A DNA stretch of 64,000 nucleotides, from the NCBI GenBank assembly GCA_050633245.1, contig JBOEGD010000030.1, forward strand, positions 128,001 through 192,000, written 5' to 3'. Both the position numbers and the translations under genes were made by a program. Positions 1-9,451 of the stretch are shown in pieces. The notes under the pieces are model-generated. The model saw only the letters and a list, made by a program, of their open reading frames with translations. It was not told the origin of the DNA and did not search any database. The stretch's first letter is position 1; every line of letters starts with the position of its first letter. This stretch comes from Calditrichia bacterium (GTDB lineage: Bacteria > Calditrichota > Calditrichia > RBG-13-44-9 > J075).

Positions 1-2
1 AC

Positions 3-440
3 AATAAATTCCACTACAACCACTGGCGCCCATATACGGCGATACGGTGGGCTGAAAATGATGAAAATCCGGATACGAAAGCAGACACGGAGTGGAATAA
101 CCTTCACGAGCACACCTATGCCTTTCCGTCTTATCCATCAGCACATGGCACAGCCAGCACTGCGGCAATGACGGTATTGGCCAGTACATTGGGCAAAGGG
201 AATACCTACAGCTTTACCATGACCACCGAAGAAGTCGACAAAGCGGGTCCTTTTTCTGAGAAAATAGAGATGGAGCCGCCTTTTCGTACATTTAACAGCT
301 TTTCAGAAGCAGGACTGGAAGCTTCCATGTCCCGCGTTTATCTGGGCATTCATTTTCGATACGACTCTGAAGAAGGTCATCGCCTGGGAGCAGAAATTGG
401 CAACTATGCCAGCGATAACTTTCTCAAACCTCTGGAGTAA
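3..440 (+). CDS. Vanadium-dependent haloperoxidase / PAP2 superfamily protein, 5'-partial
   Basis: Frame is open from the window edge: KFHYNHWRPYTAIR, FPSYPSAHG and SRVYLGIHF match the three PAP2/VHPO active-site motifs. Confidence 0.85.
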   Translation, partial: NKFHYNHWRPYTAIRWAENDENPDTKADTEWNNLHEHTYAFPSYPSAHGTASTAAMTVLASTLGKGNTYSFTMTTEEVDKAGPFSEKIEMEPPFRTFNSFSEAGLEASMSRVYLGIHFRYDSEEGHRLGAEIGNYASDNFLKPLE

Positions 441-451
441 TGGCAATTGAA

Positions 452-645
452 AGACGGCAAGTAAAGGACGGCAAATAGCAGACGGCAGGAGAGCGGATGA
501 AACTTCAAAATGAGTCCTTCGGTTTCCCTATCCCGAGCGGAGTCGAGGGTCTAAAGACAATCTCCGTCGAAATCTGAGCGGAGCGAAGGCAAGCGCTCCC
601 CGAGCGAAGCCGAGGGGAAGCTAAAGACGGCAGGTGAAAGACTGC
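452..645. repeat. Intergenic repeat cluster: AGACGGCA-type short repeats plus CCCGAGCG(G/A)AG(T/C)CGAGGG palindromic REP-like units
   Basis: (A/G)GACGGCA occurs four times. Palindromic units at about 532-549 and 598-618. CAAGCGCTCCCCGAG (590-604) recurs exactly at 3793-3807. Confidence 0.7.
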
Positions 646-665
646 ATTAACATCCGGAGCTAAAA

Positions 666-1157
666 ATGACCAGAACATACACAATTCCCTCAAAAACCCG
701 TATCGGCCATATCCATTTGAAAGTCTCGGATCTTGAGAGATCACTTCAGTTCTACCGGGACTTGCTGGGCTTTGAAGTAATAACAATGTATGGAGACCAG
801 GCGGCTTTTATCTCGGCCGGTGGTTATCATCATCATATCGGGTTGAATACCTGGCAGAGCAAAGATATGCCACCAGCGCCAAAACAAGGCGTTGGCTTAT
901 TTCATACTGCGATTCTGTATCCAACGCGTAAAGACCTGGCGACAATATATAATCGACTGCGCAAAGCGAATTATCCATTAACCGGCGCGAGTGACCACGG
1001 CGTTTCCGAAGCGCTCTACCTGGATGACCCTGATGGCAACGGCGTCGAGCTGTACTGGGACCGTCCGAAAGATCAGTGGCCTAAAAAAGCTAACGGATCG
1101 CTGGAAATGTATACCAAAGCGCTGGATATTGACGGGTTGTTAAAAGAACTAGACTGA
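666..1157 (+). CDS. VOC/glyoxalase family protein (CatE-like)
   Basis: IGHIHLKVSDLERS, GGYHHHIGLNTW and DHGVSEALYLDDPDGNGVELY motifs. Confidence 0.9.
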   Translation: MTRTYTIPSKTRIGHIHLKVSDLERSLQFYRDLLGFEVITMYGDQAAFISAGGYHHHIGLNTWQSKDMPPAPKQGVGLFHTAILYPTRKDLATIYNRLRKANYPLTGASDHGVSEALYLDDPDGNGVELYWDRPKDQWPKKANGSLEMYTKALDIDGLLKELD

Positions 1158-1340
1158 CTGGAGGCAGGTGAAATTAACGGCAAATAAAAGACGGCAATGT
1201 GAAACCGAGGCCGGGAGGTGTAATAAAATGGCTTGAATCTGCCTGCCCGGTGAAGGGGGAATTGGGAACGTAATTTTCTCAACGATTCTGACCGTTTCTC
1301 ACTAAACTTGTTCACTTTTCACTTTTCACTGTTTTTAACC

Positions 1341-1893
1341 ATGCAAAACTACATTGAACTCGCCAAAAAAAAATGGAATCGTGCTGCTGGAGGCAGGCCC
1401 CTGCCAATTCTGTGGTGCCCAAACAAAACGCGGCATCCATGAATGTCTGGAGATCTTTAATCTTGGATTTCCGGCAATCGATTACTCTCAGCCTGAAAAC
1501 CATATCTATCGCTTTTTAGCTGTCAATGCTCATACCCTGCAACATTCCGAAATACACGGCAGATGGAGCAATCATTTTCACCTCAGTCGGCTACACCTCG
1601 TTTTGCGTTACTATGCGAAGTGGCAATACCAACTTTCACCCCAGCTTAGCGATCACCTGCGAAGCTATAAAAAAGACAATCCGAATGAGCTCCTTACGCC
1701 ACCCGCCATTAAATTACGAGGCAACATCACCACTACCGATGTCTTGCAAAAATCGACTGACGAAGAATCTTGCAAAGCAATGGTTAAAGAGTGAGCTGAG
1801 TTCGTATACTCTATCTGGCAAGCTCATCACACAACAGTGGACAAAGTTGCAATCCGTTTTTTGAAAGTTGGAAACGAACACACAAAACCGTAG
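1341..1893 (+). pseudogene. DUF5946-like protein, disrupted by a frameshift in an A9 run and an in-frame TGA
   Basis: ATG at 1341 (MQNYIELAKK) joins the 1354 frame only if the A9 run is A8. After TGA at 1792-1794 the frame continues AEFVYSIW...TAG 1893, matching the family's WAxxVxxxW C-terminus. CxxC and AHTLQH motifs present. Confidence 0.7.
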
Positions 1894-1907
1894 TCAATGG
1901 AGTACCA

Positions 1908-2399
1908 ATGCCTGATATCCGGAAAAAATTACTACATTATTTCAACGAGGATCTCTCTCAATTAAAACAAAAAGCACTAGAAATAGATACGGAAACCTCC
2001 AAAATAGGGGCAGCAAAAACACGTTCAGTTTATAAGTGGAAACTGGCTAAACCGATATTGATTTTCACCCATGCAGAACAAATTGAATTTAATGATGTTC
2101 CTCTACTTTTTACCTTAAAAGCTTATAAAACTGCGACGGCTGATTATGAACACATCTTCAACGCGCTTGTAAAATTGATAGGACTGGATGCAAATGGGAA
2201 TGGCATTATTACATCAGAGGAAAGACAACGAGCGGGTCAATATATAAGCAGGATTTGGTGTATAAATAAACACCACAACAATATTCAAGAGTATCCACCG
2301 GAAGGAGAAGGCTATATTATTTCTCTCAGAAATAATCCTAAAGAATGCGGTCTTGAAATAACTCATTTTCTGAACTTGTTCGCTGCTTCTCCACCTTAA
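1908..2399 (+). CDS. Hypothetical protein
   Basis: 163-aa ORF with GGAG RBS, AT-rich; no family recognised. Confidence 0.65.
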   Translation: MPDIRKKLLHYFNEDLSQLKQKALEIDTETSKIGAAKTRSVYKWKLAKPILIFTHAEQIEFNDVPLLFTLKAYKTATADYEHIFNALVKLIGLDANGNGIITSEERQRAGQYISRIWCINKHHNNIQEYPPEGEGYIISLRNNPKECGLEITHFLNLFAASPP

Positions 2400-2506
2400 C
2401 TACTGCTGATTCAATATAATACTGCCCTAATAAACTCGAAAGAAAACGGAAACAATTAGCGAAATCAGCCTTTTCGACCTCTTTAAAAGACAAAAAAGAA
2501 GCCGCT

Positions 2507-3757
2507 ATGAAAAATCTAGCATTATTTCTACCTCTTTTATTATTCTCTACAGGGATAATTGCGCAGGCCCCCTCTGAAAATCCTGCCGAAATGATAGCCA
2601 TCGGTGATAAACATATCATTGACTCTAAAATTCTCGGCGAGCAACGTGAAATTCTGATACACGTCCCAAGCGACTTTTACGGCATGAACGAGACCAACAT
2701 GCGCTACCCGATCGTGGTAGTAATGGATGGAGAAAGTCAATTTATCTCTACGGTAGGCGTTTTAGATCAGCTGAACTCGGCAGCCAGCGCAAATGATCTT
2801 TGTCCGGCAATGATTATTGTCGGCATTCCCAATACTAATCGCGACCGCGACTTAACGCCCACACCCGGAGTTGTTGGCAGCGATTCGTCCAGCCTCAGCT
2901 ATACCGGTGGCGCAGACAAGCTGGCACAGTTTCTGGAAAAAGAGCTGATACCGTGCATAGACAAGACCTATCCGACGGCACCGCATCGCACGCTTATTGG
3001 CCACTCGCTTGGCGGACTCTTCGCACTAAATACGCTGATCAAATTCCCGCATCTGTTTACGAATTATCTAGCGATTGACCCGTTTATGAGCTGGGATGAT
3101 CAACGCTTTTCCAGGTATGTTATTGAGCAGCTAAGTGAGAACAGATTTGAGGGAAAGAATCTGTACATCGCTACAGCAAATACACGCATGTCCTGGATGG
3201 ATCTGAATGACGTGCGAAGCGATACTTCAGAAATAATGAAGGTGATGCGTAGCGTTATTGAGTTTGGCGACGAGCTGAAGAAAAACAAACTTGCTATTTC
3301 CTTTCAGAATAAGTTATACGAGAATGAAAATCACTTTCAGATTCCGCTAATTGCTACTTATGATGGCCTTCGCTATTTTTATCAGGACTATCCATTCCGG
3401 AAAATGGTGGAATATTATCACCCCGACCCACCGATAGCACATGCAAACCTGACTAACGAGTTGGAAGCACACTTTAAAAAGCTCTCTAACCAAATGGGTT
3501 ACACCGTTCGTCCAATGGAAAGCTATCTGAACGCCTGGGCTTTTGGCTTTCTGCAGTGGAAAAAACCGAAATTCGCAGAGCAGTTATTTAATCTTAACAC
3601 CGAATACTATCCCGGCAGTGCAAATGTCTGGGCTGCCAAGGCTCACTATTTCCTCACGCAAAATGACACGGTTCAGGCGATTCGAAGTTTAGAAAAATCA
3701 TTGGCGATTAAAGAAGTAACCTATGTGCGGGAACAGCTGGAAGCCCTACAAAAATGA
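2507..3757 (+). CDS. Secreted alpha/beta-hydrolase (IroE/BesA-like esterase) with C-terminal TPR
   Basis: Signal peptide, GHSLGG nucleophile elbow, RDRDLTP motif, C-terminal LNTEYYPGSAN TPR. Confidence 0.85.
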   Translation: MKNLALFLPLLLFSTGIIAQAPSENPAEMIAIGDKHIIDSKILGEQREILIHVPSDFYGMNETNMRYPIVVVMDGESQFISTVGVLDQLNSAASANDLCPAMIIVGIPNTNRDRDLTPTPGVVGSDSSSLSYTGGADKLAQFLEKELIPCIDKTYPTAPHRTLIGHSLGGLFALNTLIKFPHLFTNYLAIDPFMSWDDQRFSRYVIEQLSENRFEGKNLYIATANTRMSWMDLNDVRSDTSEIMKVMRSVIEFGDELKKNKLAISFQNKLYENENHFQIPLIATYDGLRYFYQDYPFRKMVEYYHPDPPIAHANLTNELEAHFKKLSNQMGYTVRPMESYLNAWAFGFLQWKKPKFAEQLFNLNTEYYPGSANVWAAKAHYFLTQNDTVQAIRSLEKSLAIKEVTYVREQLEALQK

Positions 3758-3955
3758 GCGGGCGAGTGGGAGAACGGGTGAGCGGGAGAAGTCAAGCGCT
3801 CCCCGAGGGACAGCACTTATACAAAGCCTCAAGCTGAGCGAGCATAGAGTATAGACTGTGAGAAATTCTCTCATTCACTTTTTTTGACCATTCACTTAGA
3901 GACTTATTGCCCGATTGCACTATTGCCTACAAACGACTGCAGTGAGCGACCTATT

Positions 3956-4387
3956 ATGAATACTCTCAAATTTCGCCCATACCAGCCAATCGATTTGGCT
4001 TATTGCAACTCGCTGGTCGAGGCTAATATGAAATCCTACTTTGAAGCCCAGGACATCGTTTGGGATAAAGCGCGATATGAAAAAGAACTGCAAAACGGCT
4101 TTGTTCGGATAGCAGAAATCGACGGGGAAAGAGTTGGATTCTATCACCTTGGCGAAAAGGAAACGCATGTTCATATTCACACCATCCAAATTGATGCGGC
4201 AAAAAGGAATCTGGGAATCGGAAGTCAGGTTATGCATCAGATAGAAAAAGATGTTCTAAAAATGGGGAAAGACAAGATTCAACTCAATGTGTTTGAGGCC
4301 AACCCTGCCAAAAAGCTTTATCTTCGACTGGGCTATCAAGTGGAAGAAAAGAGTGGTTCGAAGTTTCTGATGAGCAAGGAAATTTGA
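3956..4387 (+). CDS. GNAT family N-acetyltransferase
   Basis: RNLGIGS acetyl-CoA motif and NPAKKLYLRLGY. ATG 3956 preferred over the upstream TTG at 3884. Confidence 0.85.
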   Translation: MNTLKFRPYQPIDLAYCNSLVEANMKSYFEAQDIVWDKARYEKELQNGFVRIAEIDGERVGFYHLGEKETHVHIHTIQIDAAKRNLGIGSQVMHQIEKDVLKMGKDKIQLNVFEANPAKKLYLRLGYQVEEKSGSKFLMSKEI

Positions 4388-4404
4388 CCCTCATTTAACC
4401 GTAG

Positions 4405-4740
4405 ACACTTAGACCGACGGCGCAAAGAGCAGTAATCTTATTAACAGAAAAAGACATCATTTGCGGCAAATGGCAAATCCCGCTCATCACAATTAAAACG
4501 TCTAAGTTAACAGAATTCGGATCTTTTCTTGGTGCTGGACAGGTATTGAAGATCCAAACCAGGGGCGATACAAACCATCCATTTGGGATGCAGCGAAATC
4601 CCGAATGGACACATCAGCAAGTCTTACCACTTATGCCTGAAAAGGGCCGGATGGGCAATTCTCCTTTTAGCATCATCATTCGTGCAGTCGTAGTTGACTA
4701 CCTGCTCTATTTAATTTATGAAAGGTCTTTTCAAACCTGA
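4405..4740 (+). pseudogene. 5'-truncated remnant of a hypothetical membrane-anchored protein
   Basis: Frame is open from 4405 (after TAG) with protein-like sequence (QRAVILLTEKDIICGKWQIPL...GQVLKIQT...FGMQ) and a hydrophobic C-terminus, but has no ATG or RBS at its 5' end. Confidence 0.5.
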
Positions 4741-4967
4741 AACACAGAAGCCGCCTAAAGTTCCTCACCATATAATTGATTCAACAGCTGGCCTACCACA
4801 TTTAATCTATAAGTCGATAATCATTTTGCAAGCAGGTCGCCGAGTTTCTAATTGCGCTTCCATAGAGTAGCAATTATATTTTATCTACTCTTCATGTTAT
4901 CTCTAATTTAACAATGACAATCGTTGCATCAGTGTGTATATAACATTTAGAAATATGAAAGTTTAGT

Positions 4968-5828
4968 ATGGTATTAAATAAAAAGTCATTAGAAAAACTA
5001 AGAGAGCTGATTAATGAGGAGACAGAATATCGCTCTGGACCGAAGTTAGTTACTTTTTTTAATGAGCTTGGGTTTCGAGACTCATATGGTCAAGGGTTTC
5101 CTTCTCGGTGGATGTATACCGATGAAAAACTGTCTACAATTAATGGCTCACCAGAGTTGGATACCTGCATAAAAAAATTACTAAACCCAATAAACTTTAT
5201 AGGTAAGGTCTCTAAACTAGATGAACACATACAAGACTTAAACCAATATTTAGCATTTGATAAGTGGAAAATAGTTCGGAAAGACACCACTATTTCGTTC
5301 AAAAAAACAGATAAAATTGAATTGCATGATAGCAATATTGAATCGACAGTAACAGAAGATCAATTTCTTGATAGAGAGTTTAAAGAGATTTCAATTCGGC
5401 CTTTAGGACTTGATTCAATTGTAAGCGAGGTTTTAGAAAAAAGACTATCCGAAATAAAAAACTGCCTTAATTCAAAATCACCTTTAGCTGTTATCTTTTT
5501 ATCAGGTAGTAGTTTAGAAGGGATTTTGTTGGGATTGGCGTTAGCTCAACCAAAAAACTTTAATCAAGCAAAGTCTGCACCAAAAGAAAAAGACGGAAAA
5601 GTAAAGCATTTTCCCAATTGGACATTAGCACAATTTATTGACACAACTTATGAAATCGGACTTATAGGAGAAGACGTTAAAAAGTTTAGTCATGTCCTTA
5701 GAGACTTTAGAAACTATATCCATCCTTATCAACAAGTAAGTTCTAGATTTAACCCTGATGAGCATACAGCTAAAATCTGCTTTCAAGTCTTAAAGACTGC
5801 AATTCATCAAATAAGTAAAAACATTTGA
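4968..5828 (+). CDS. Putative abortive-infection/defence protein (AbiJ-like N-terminus plus HEPN-like C-terminus)
   Basis: YRSGPKLVTFFN...FPSRW N-terminus; GSSLEGIL and RDFRNYIHP HEPN-like motifs; visibly AT-rich. Confidence 0.6.
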   Translation: MVLNKKSLEKLRELINEETEYRSGPKLVTFFNELGFRDSYGQGFPSRWMYTDEKLSTINGSPELDTCIKKLLNPINFIGKVSKLDEHIQDLNQYLAFDKWKIVRKDTTISFKKTDKIELHDSNIESTVTEDQFLDREFKEISIRPLGLDSIVSEVLEKRLSEIKNCLNSKSPLAVIFLSGSSLEGILLGLALAQPKNFNQAKSAPKEKDGKVKHFPNWTLAQFIDTTYEIGLIGEDVKKFSHVLRDFRNYIHPYQQVSSRFNPDEHTAKICFQVLKTAIHQISKNI

Positions 5829-5916
5829 AATAACTCGCTAAAAAACACACTCTCCTTGTAATAATAACACTATTTGAGCCTAATAAACGAAGCCGCTCTC
5901 CCACTCATATTTTCAC

Positions 5917-5963
5917 TTGCGTAACCGAATTGTTACACTTATATTGGTAACCAAATGGTGACC
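5917..5963 (+). promoter_or_regulatory. Sigma70-type promoter overlapped by two palindromic ArsR-family operators
   Basis: TTGCGT-N17-TATATT (5917-5945); imperfect inverted repeats GTAACCGAATTGTTAC (5921-5936) and GGTAACCAAATGGTGACC (5946-5963). Confidence 0.7.
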
Positions 5964-5968
5964 TATCT

Positions 5969-6304
5969 ATGAGAAGAGACGTTTTTCAAGCAATTGCCGA
6001 TCCGGTGCGACGTGAAATAATCACGCTACTGGCGGAAGAGACCCTTACGGTAAATGCCGTGGCCGAACAGTTCGATATCAGCCGACCGGCGATTTCCAAA
6101 CATCTGAAGATTCTGCAGGAATGCGGCATCGTGGCGATACATAAACAAGGGCGGGAACGCATTTGCATGATCCAGCCGCGTAACCTGATTCCGGCGTTTT
6201 TGTGGATAGAACAGTATCGGAGTTTATGGGAGGAGCGAATCGACTCCTTCGAAGAGTATGTTAATCAATTAAATGCTGAACAGCAGAAGAAGAAGGAGAA
6301 GTAA
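5969..6304 (+). CDS. ArsR/SmtB family transcriptional regulator
   Basis: MRRDVFQAIADPVRREI...ISRPAISKHLKIL winged HTH. Confidence 0.92.
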   Translation: MRRDVFQAIADPVRREIITLLAEETLTVNAVAEQFDISRPAISKHLKILQECGIVAIHKQGRERICMIQPRNLIPAFLWIEQYRSLWEERIDSFEEYVNQLNAEQQKKKEK

Positions 6305-6305
6305 C

Positions 6306-6755
6306 ATGACAGATGCAGCCAATCGCACGTTAACAATTAAGAAAGTCCTGAATGCCCCAATCAAGTTGGTTTGGGATGCCTGGACGCAGCCAGAGCACAT
6401 CGCCCACTGGTGGGGGCCAGGCGGGATGAAAACCCGCATCGTGGATCATGACTTTCGCGTCGGCGGCAACTGGAAGTTCGCAATGGACACACCGGACGGC
6501 AAGGAGTTCATCTGCGAAGGTACCTATAGCGAAATCGACGCGCCAAACAAGATCGTCACCTCGGCAGACTTCAAGCCGATGACCGAAGGCGTAGAGCTAC
6601 AGGTGTTGCTGGAGGCCGATGGAGAGAAAACCAACTTCACTTTCAACGTGGTACACGCCACTGCCGAATACTGCAAGCAGCAGGAAGAAATGGGATTCTA
6701 CAACGGCTGGGGATCGGTGTTTGAAAACCTGGCAACCTACCTGGACAAGCAGTAG
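6306..6755 (+). CDS. SRPBCC/AHSA1 (START-like) domain protein
   Basis: APIKLVWDAWTQPEHIAHWWGP and DFRVGG motifs; the usual partner of ArsR. ATG 6306. Confidence 0.9.
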   Translation: MTDAANRTLTIKKVLNAPIKLVWDAWTQPEHIAHWWGPGGMKTRIVDHDFRVGGNWKFAMDTPDGKEFICEGTYSEIDAPNKIVTSADFKPMTEGVELQVLLEADGEKTNFTFNVVHATAEYCKQQEEMGFYNGWGSVFENLATYLDKQ

Positions 6756-7023
6756 AACTGGAGAGCGGGTGACAAAACGAATGGGCGCTCTCCCTGTCGG
6801 GATTGCTGATGGGGCGTCCCTTCGGGACTTATAGGTCGCTACTCTTATGGGGAACGACAAGATCGCGGGGTATTTTATTGCTCCCATGCCCTCGATTAGC
6901 GAACAAGGTGAGAGTCCATTCTATTTCTTCTCTTGTCTCTTTGTCTCTTTGTCTCCTTGTCGCTTGCCCTACCTTAATACCCATCCTATATTTTCATAAA
7001 CACAATGCGGGAATGACCATCCA

Positions 7024-7422
7024 GTGAACATGGAACTCATCACCAGACTATTCATCTATGCAGCTGCCATCGTCGGCATTGCATTTTGGGCCCCCTGGGG
7101 AGAAAACGGTGAGCACATTGAAATATTCCATTTCTACTACCTGATCCTGGCAGTAATCATCTGGGTAGTGAGCTATCGGCTTTTTGGCGGACGCTTTATT
7201 CGCCCGCAGTGGAAAAAAGCAGGAAAGTTCATTGCATATCTGATCGCGTCGTTTATTTTACTAGTCCTATTCGGACACTACGCTCTTATTTTCATTATAG
7301 GGCATCAAGCATTAGGCGGGTTGGGACATTACATGATCTGCAAGAAACACGACATCAATTTCTGGACATGTCAGCCTGAAGAAAGGTATCTGGAAGTAAC
7401 TAAAAAATGGGCAGGTCGATGA
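7024..7422 (+). CDS. Hypothetical membrane protein
   Basis: Several hydrophobic segments; C-terminal CKKHDINFWTCQP. Confidence 0.7.
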   Translation: MNMELITRLFIYAAAIVGIAFWAPWGENGEHIEIFHFYYLILAVIIWVVSYRLFGGRFIRPQWKKAGKFIAYLIASFILLVLFGHYALIFIIGHQALGGLGHYMICKKHDINFWTCQPEERYLEVTKKWAGR

Positions 7423-7507
7423 TCTAGCCCGAACGAAGTGAGCACCCCATAAGTCCCCAATCAGCGAAGCGCCCTAATCTGTAATGCTATAACAAGAAGA
7501 ACAACAC

Positions 7508-8755
7508 ATGACAATGACAAATGTTTGGACCAGAAAATCTCAGGACGAAATCAAGCAAGCCGTCTTTGCTGCTATTGAAAAAAACATCAATTACGATAAA
7601 CAAGGAGCACTCGGCGTACCAGCATCGTATCTGGATGACAAGGTGTTTAATCAGGATGCCTCTTTCTTAAAGGAAGCACCGTTCATGTATGCCCTTGTAA
7701 AAAATCCCAACCACATTGGGTGTCATACCTTAGGTAAATCCGAACCATTTTTTGAAGGCACACATGCGATAGAAAAAGAACTGATTGAAATATGCGCCGT
7801 CGATATTCTGAAAGGAGCGTTTGAAGAGCAGGATGGATACGTCGCATCAGGTGGAACGGAAGCAAATATTCAGGCAATCTGGATATACAGAAATTATTTT
7901 GTCGCAGAGCATTCTGCCAAGCCAAATGAAATTGCGATTGTTTGCAGTGAAGACAGCCATTACTCCATGGACAAAGCTGCCAATCTGTTGTCCATAGACA
8001 TCTATAAGGTTGCTGTCGATAAGAACACGAGAGAAATCAGTAAAGAGACCGTTGAGCAGGCTCTGGAAAAAGCAAAGAACGAAGGCAAAAAACATTTTGT
8101 TGTTATCTGCAATATGATGACAACCATGTTCGGCTCTGTGGACAATATTGAAATCTATACCGATTGTTTAGCCAGCATATCTTGCGAATTCAAAATTCAC
8201 GTAGATGGCGCCTATGGAGGATTTTATTATCCCTTTACACATGAAGAGAGTTTGCTAACATTTCAAAACAAGGCCATAACCTCTTTTACTCTGGACGCGC
8301 ATAAAATGGCGCAATCTCCCTATGGTACCGGAATATTTCTAATTCGAAAGGGGTTCATCCAATATGTAAATACTCAGGAGGCGAGCTATGTGGAGGGAGA
8401 AGATTTCACGCTGATCGGTAGCCGCTCTGGAGCAAATGCAATTGCTGTCTGGATGATTTTAGTTAAAAACGGCCCTTACGGATGGTATGAGAAAATTTAT
8501 ATTTTGCAAAAAAGATCAGAATGGTTGTGCAATCAATTGGAACAGCTCGGAGTTAAATACTATCGAAACCCAATGTCCAATATCATCACTATTGGTAAGC
8601 AATTTATCACTCATGATATCGCCGTTAAGTTTGGCCTGGTTCCAGATAATCATACAAAGCCAGAATGGTTCAAAGTCGTCATAATGGATCACGTGTCTAT
8701 CGAGAAGCTGGCCTTACTTATCGAAGAGATTAAAAAAGCCATGCACAGCAGCTAA
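7508..8755 (+). CDS. Group II PLP-dependent decarboxylase (histidine/tyrosine/aspartate decarboxylase-like)
   Basis: SGGTEAN, SHYSMDKAA, IHVDGAYGG, DAHK (PLP lysine) and GSRSG motifs. Confidence 0.88.
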   Translation: MTMTNVWTRKSQDEIKQAVFAAIEKNINYDKQGALGVPASYLDDKVFNQDASFLKEAPFMYALVKNPNHIGCHTLGKSEPFFEGTHAIEKELIEICAVDILKGAFEEQDGYVASGGTEANIQAIWIYRNYFVAEHSAKPNEIAIVCSEDSHYSMDKAANLLSIDIYKVAVDKNTREISKETVEQALEKAKNEGKKHFVVICNMMTTMFGSVDNIEIYTDCLASISCEFKIHVDGAYGGFYYPFTHEESLLTFQNKAITSFTLDAHKMAQSPYGTGIFLIRKGFIQYVNTQEASYVEGEDFTLIGSRSGANAIAVWMILVKNGPYGWYEKIYILQKRSEWLCNQLEQLGVKYYRNPMSNIITIGKQFITHDIAVKFGLVPDNHTKPEWFKVVIMDHVSIEKLALLIEEIKKAMHSS

Positions 8756-8821
8756 CGTTCAGCAAGAACCTATCATAACGAAAAGACCATAACGTCACAA
8801 ACATGCGGAACCGGAAACAAC

Positions 8822-9421
8822 ATGACAAAAAAGGAACAAGACAACTACTGGTCGAAACGCTATGAAGACAACAGTACTGGTTGGGATATCGGCTATGCAT
8901 CTACGCCGCTGGTAGAATACATCGACCAGTTAGAAGATAAAGACCTCAAGATACTCATCCCCGGAGCCGGGAACGCCTACGAAGCCGAGTATCTGTTTCA
9001 GCAAGGGTTTACAAACGTGTTCGTGCTGGATATTTCAGAGTTTCCATTAAAAGCGCTAAAAGAAAGGCTACCGGAGTTTCCTGAAACTCAATTAATACAT
9101 GGAGACTTTTTTGATCATGAAGGAGAGTATGATCTGATTCTCGAACAGACGTTCTTCTGCTCATTCGAACCATCGAGAGAGAATAGAACCAATTATGGCC
9201 GCAAAATGAATGAGTTGTTAAAACCAAACGGCAAGCTGGTTGGGCTTTGGTTTAATCATGCATTGTTCGATGGTGCTAAACGACCGTTCGGTGGTTCCAG
9301 GGAAGAATATCTCAGCTATTTGATGCCACATTTTGAGGTGAAATGCTTTGAAGACTGTCGCAATTCAATTAAGCCAAGAATGGGCAGTGAGTTCTTTGGC
9401 GTTTTTCAGAAAAGTGGCTAG
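8822..9421 (+). CDS. TPMT-family SAM-dependent methyltransferase
   Basis: YW..RY...TGWDIG, ILIPGAGNAYE, GDFF and EQTFFCS motifs. Confidence 0.88.
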   Translation: MTKKEQDNYWSKRYEDNSTGWDIGYASTPLVEYIDQLEDKDLKILIPGAGNAYEAEYLFQQGFTNVFVLDISEFPLKALKERLPEFPETQLIHGDFFDHEGEYDLILEQTFFCSFEPSRENRTNYGRKMNELLKPNGKLVGLWFNHALFDGAKRPFGGSREEYLSYLMPHFEVKCFEDCRNSIKPRMGSEFFGVFQKSG

Positions 9422-9451
9422 AGTTATTTAAAAGTTAAGGAATTGAAATAA

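Noticed and set aside
1792-1794. TGA recoding (Trp/Sec, alternative genetic code)
   Set aside because: TGA is a normal stop in conserved genes here (gmhA, VOC, GNAT), TGG is used for Trp, and the same gene also has a frameshift.
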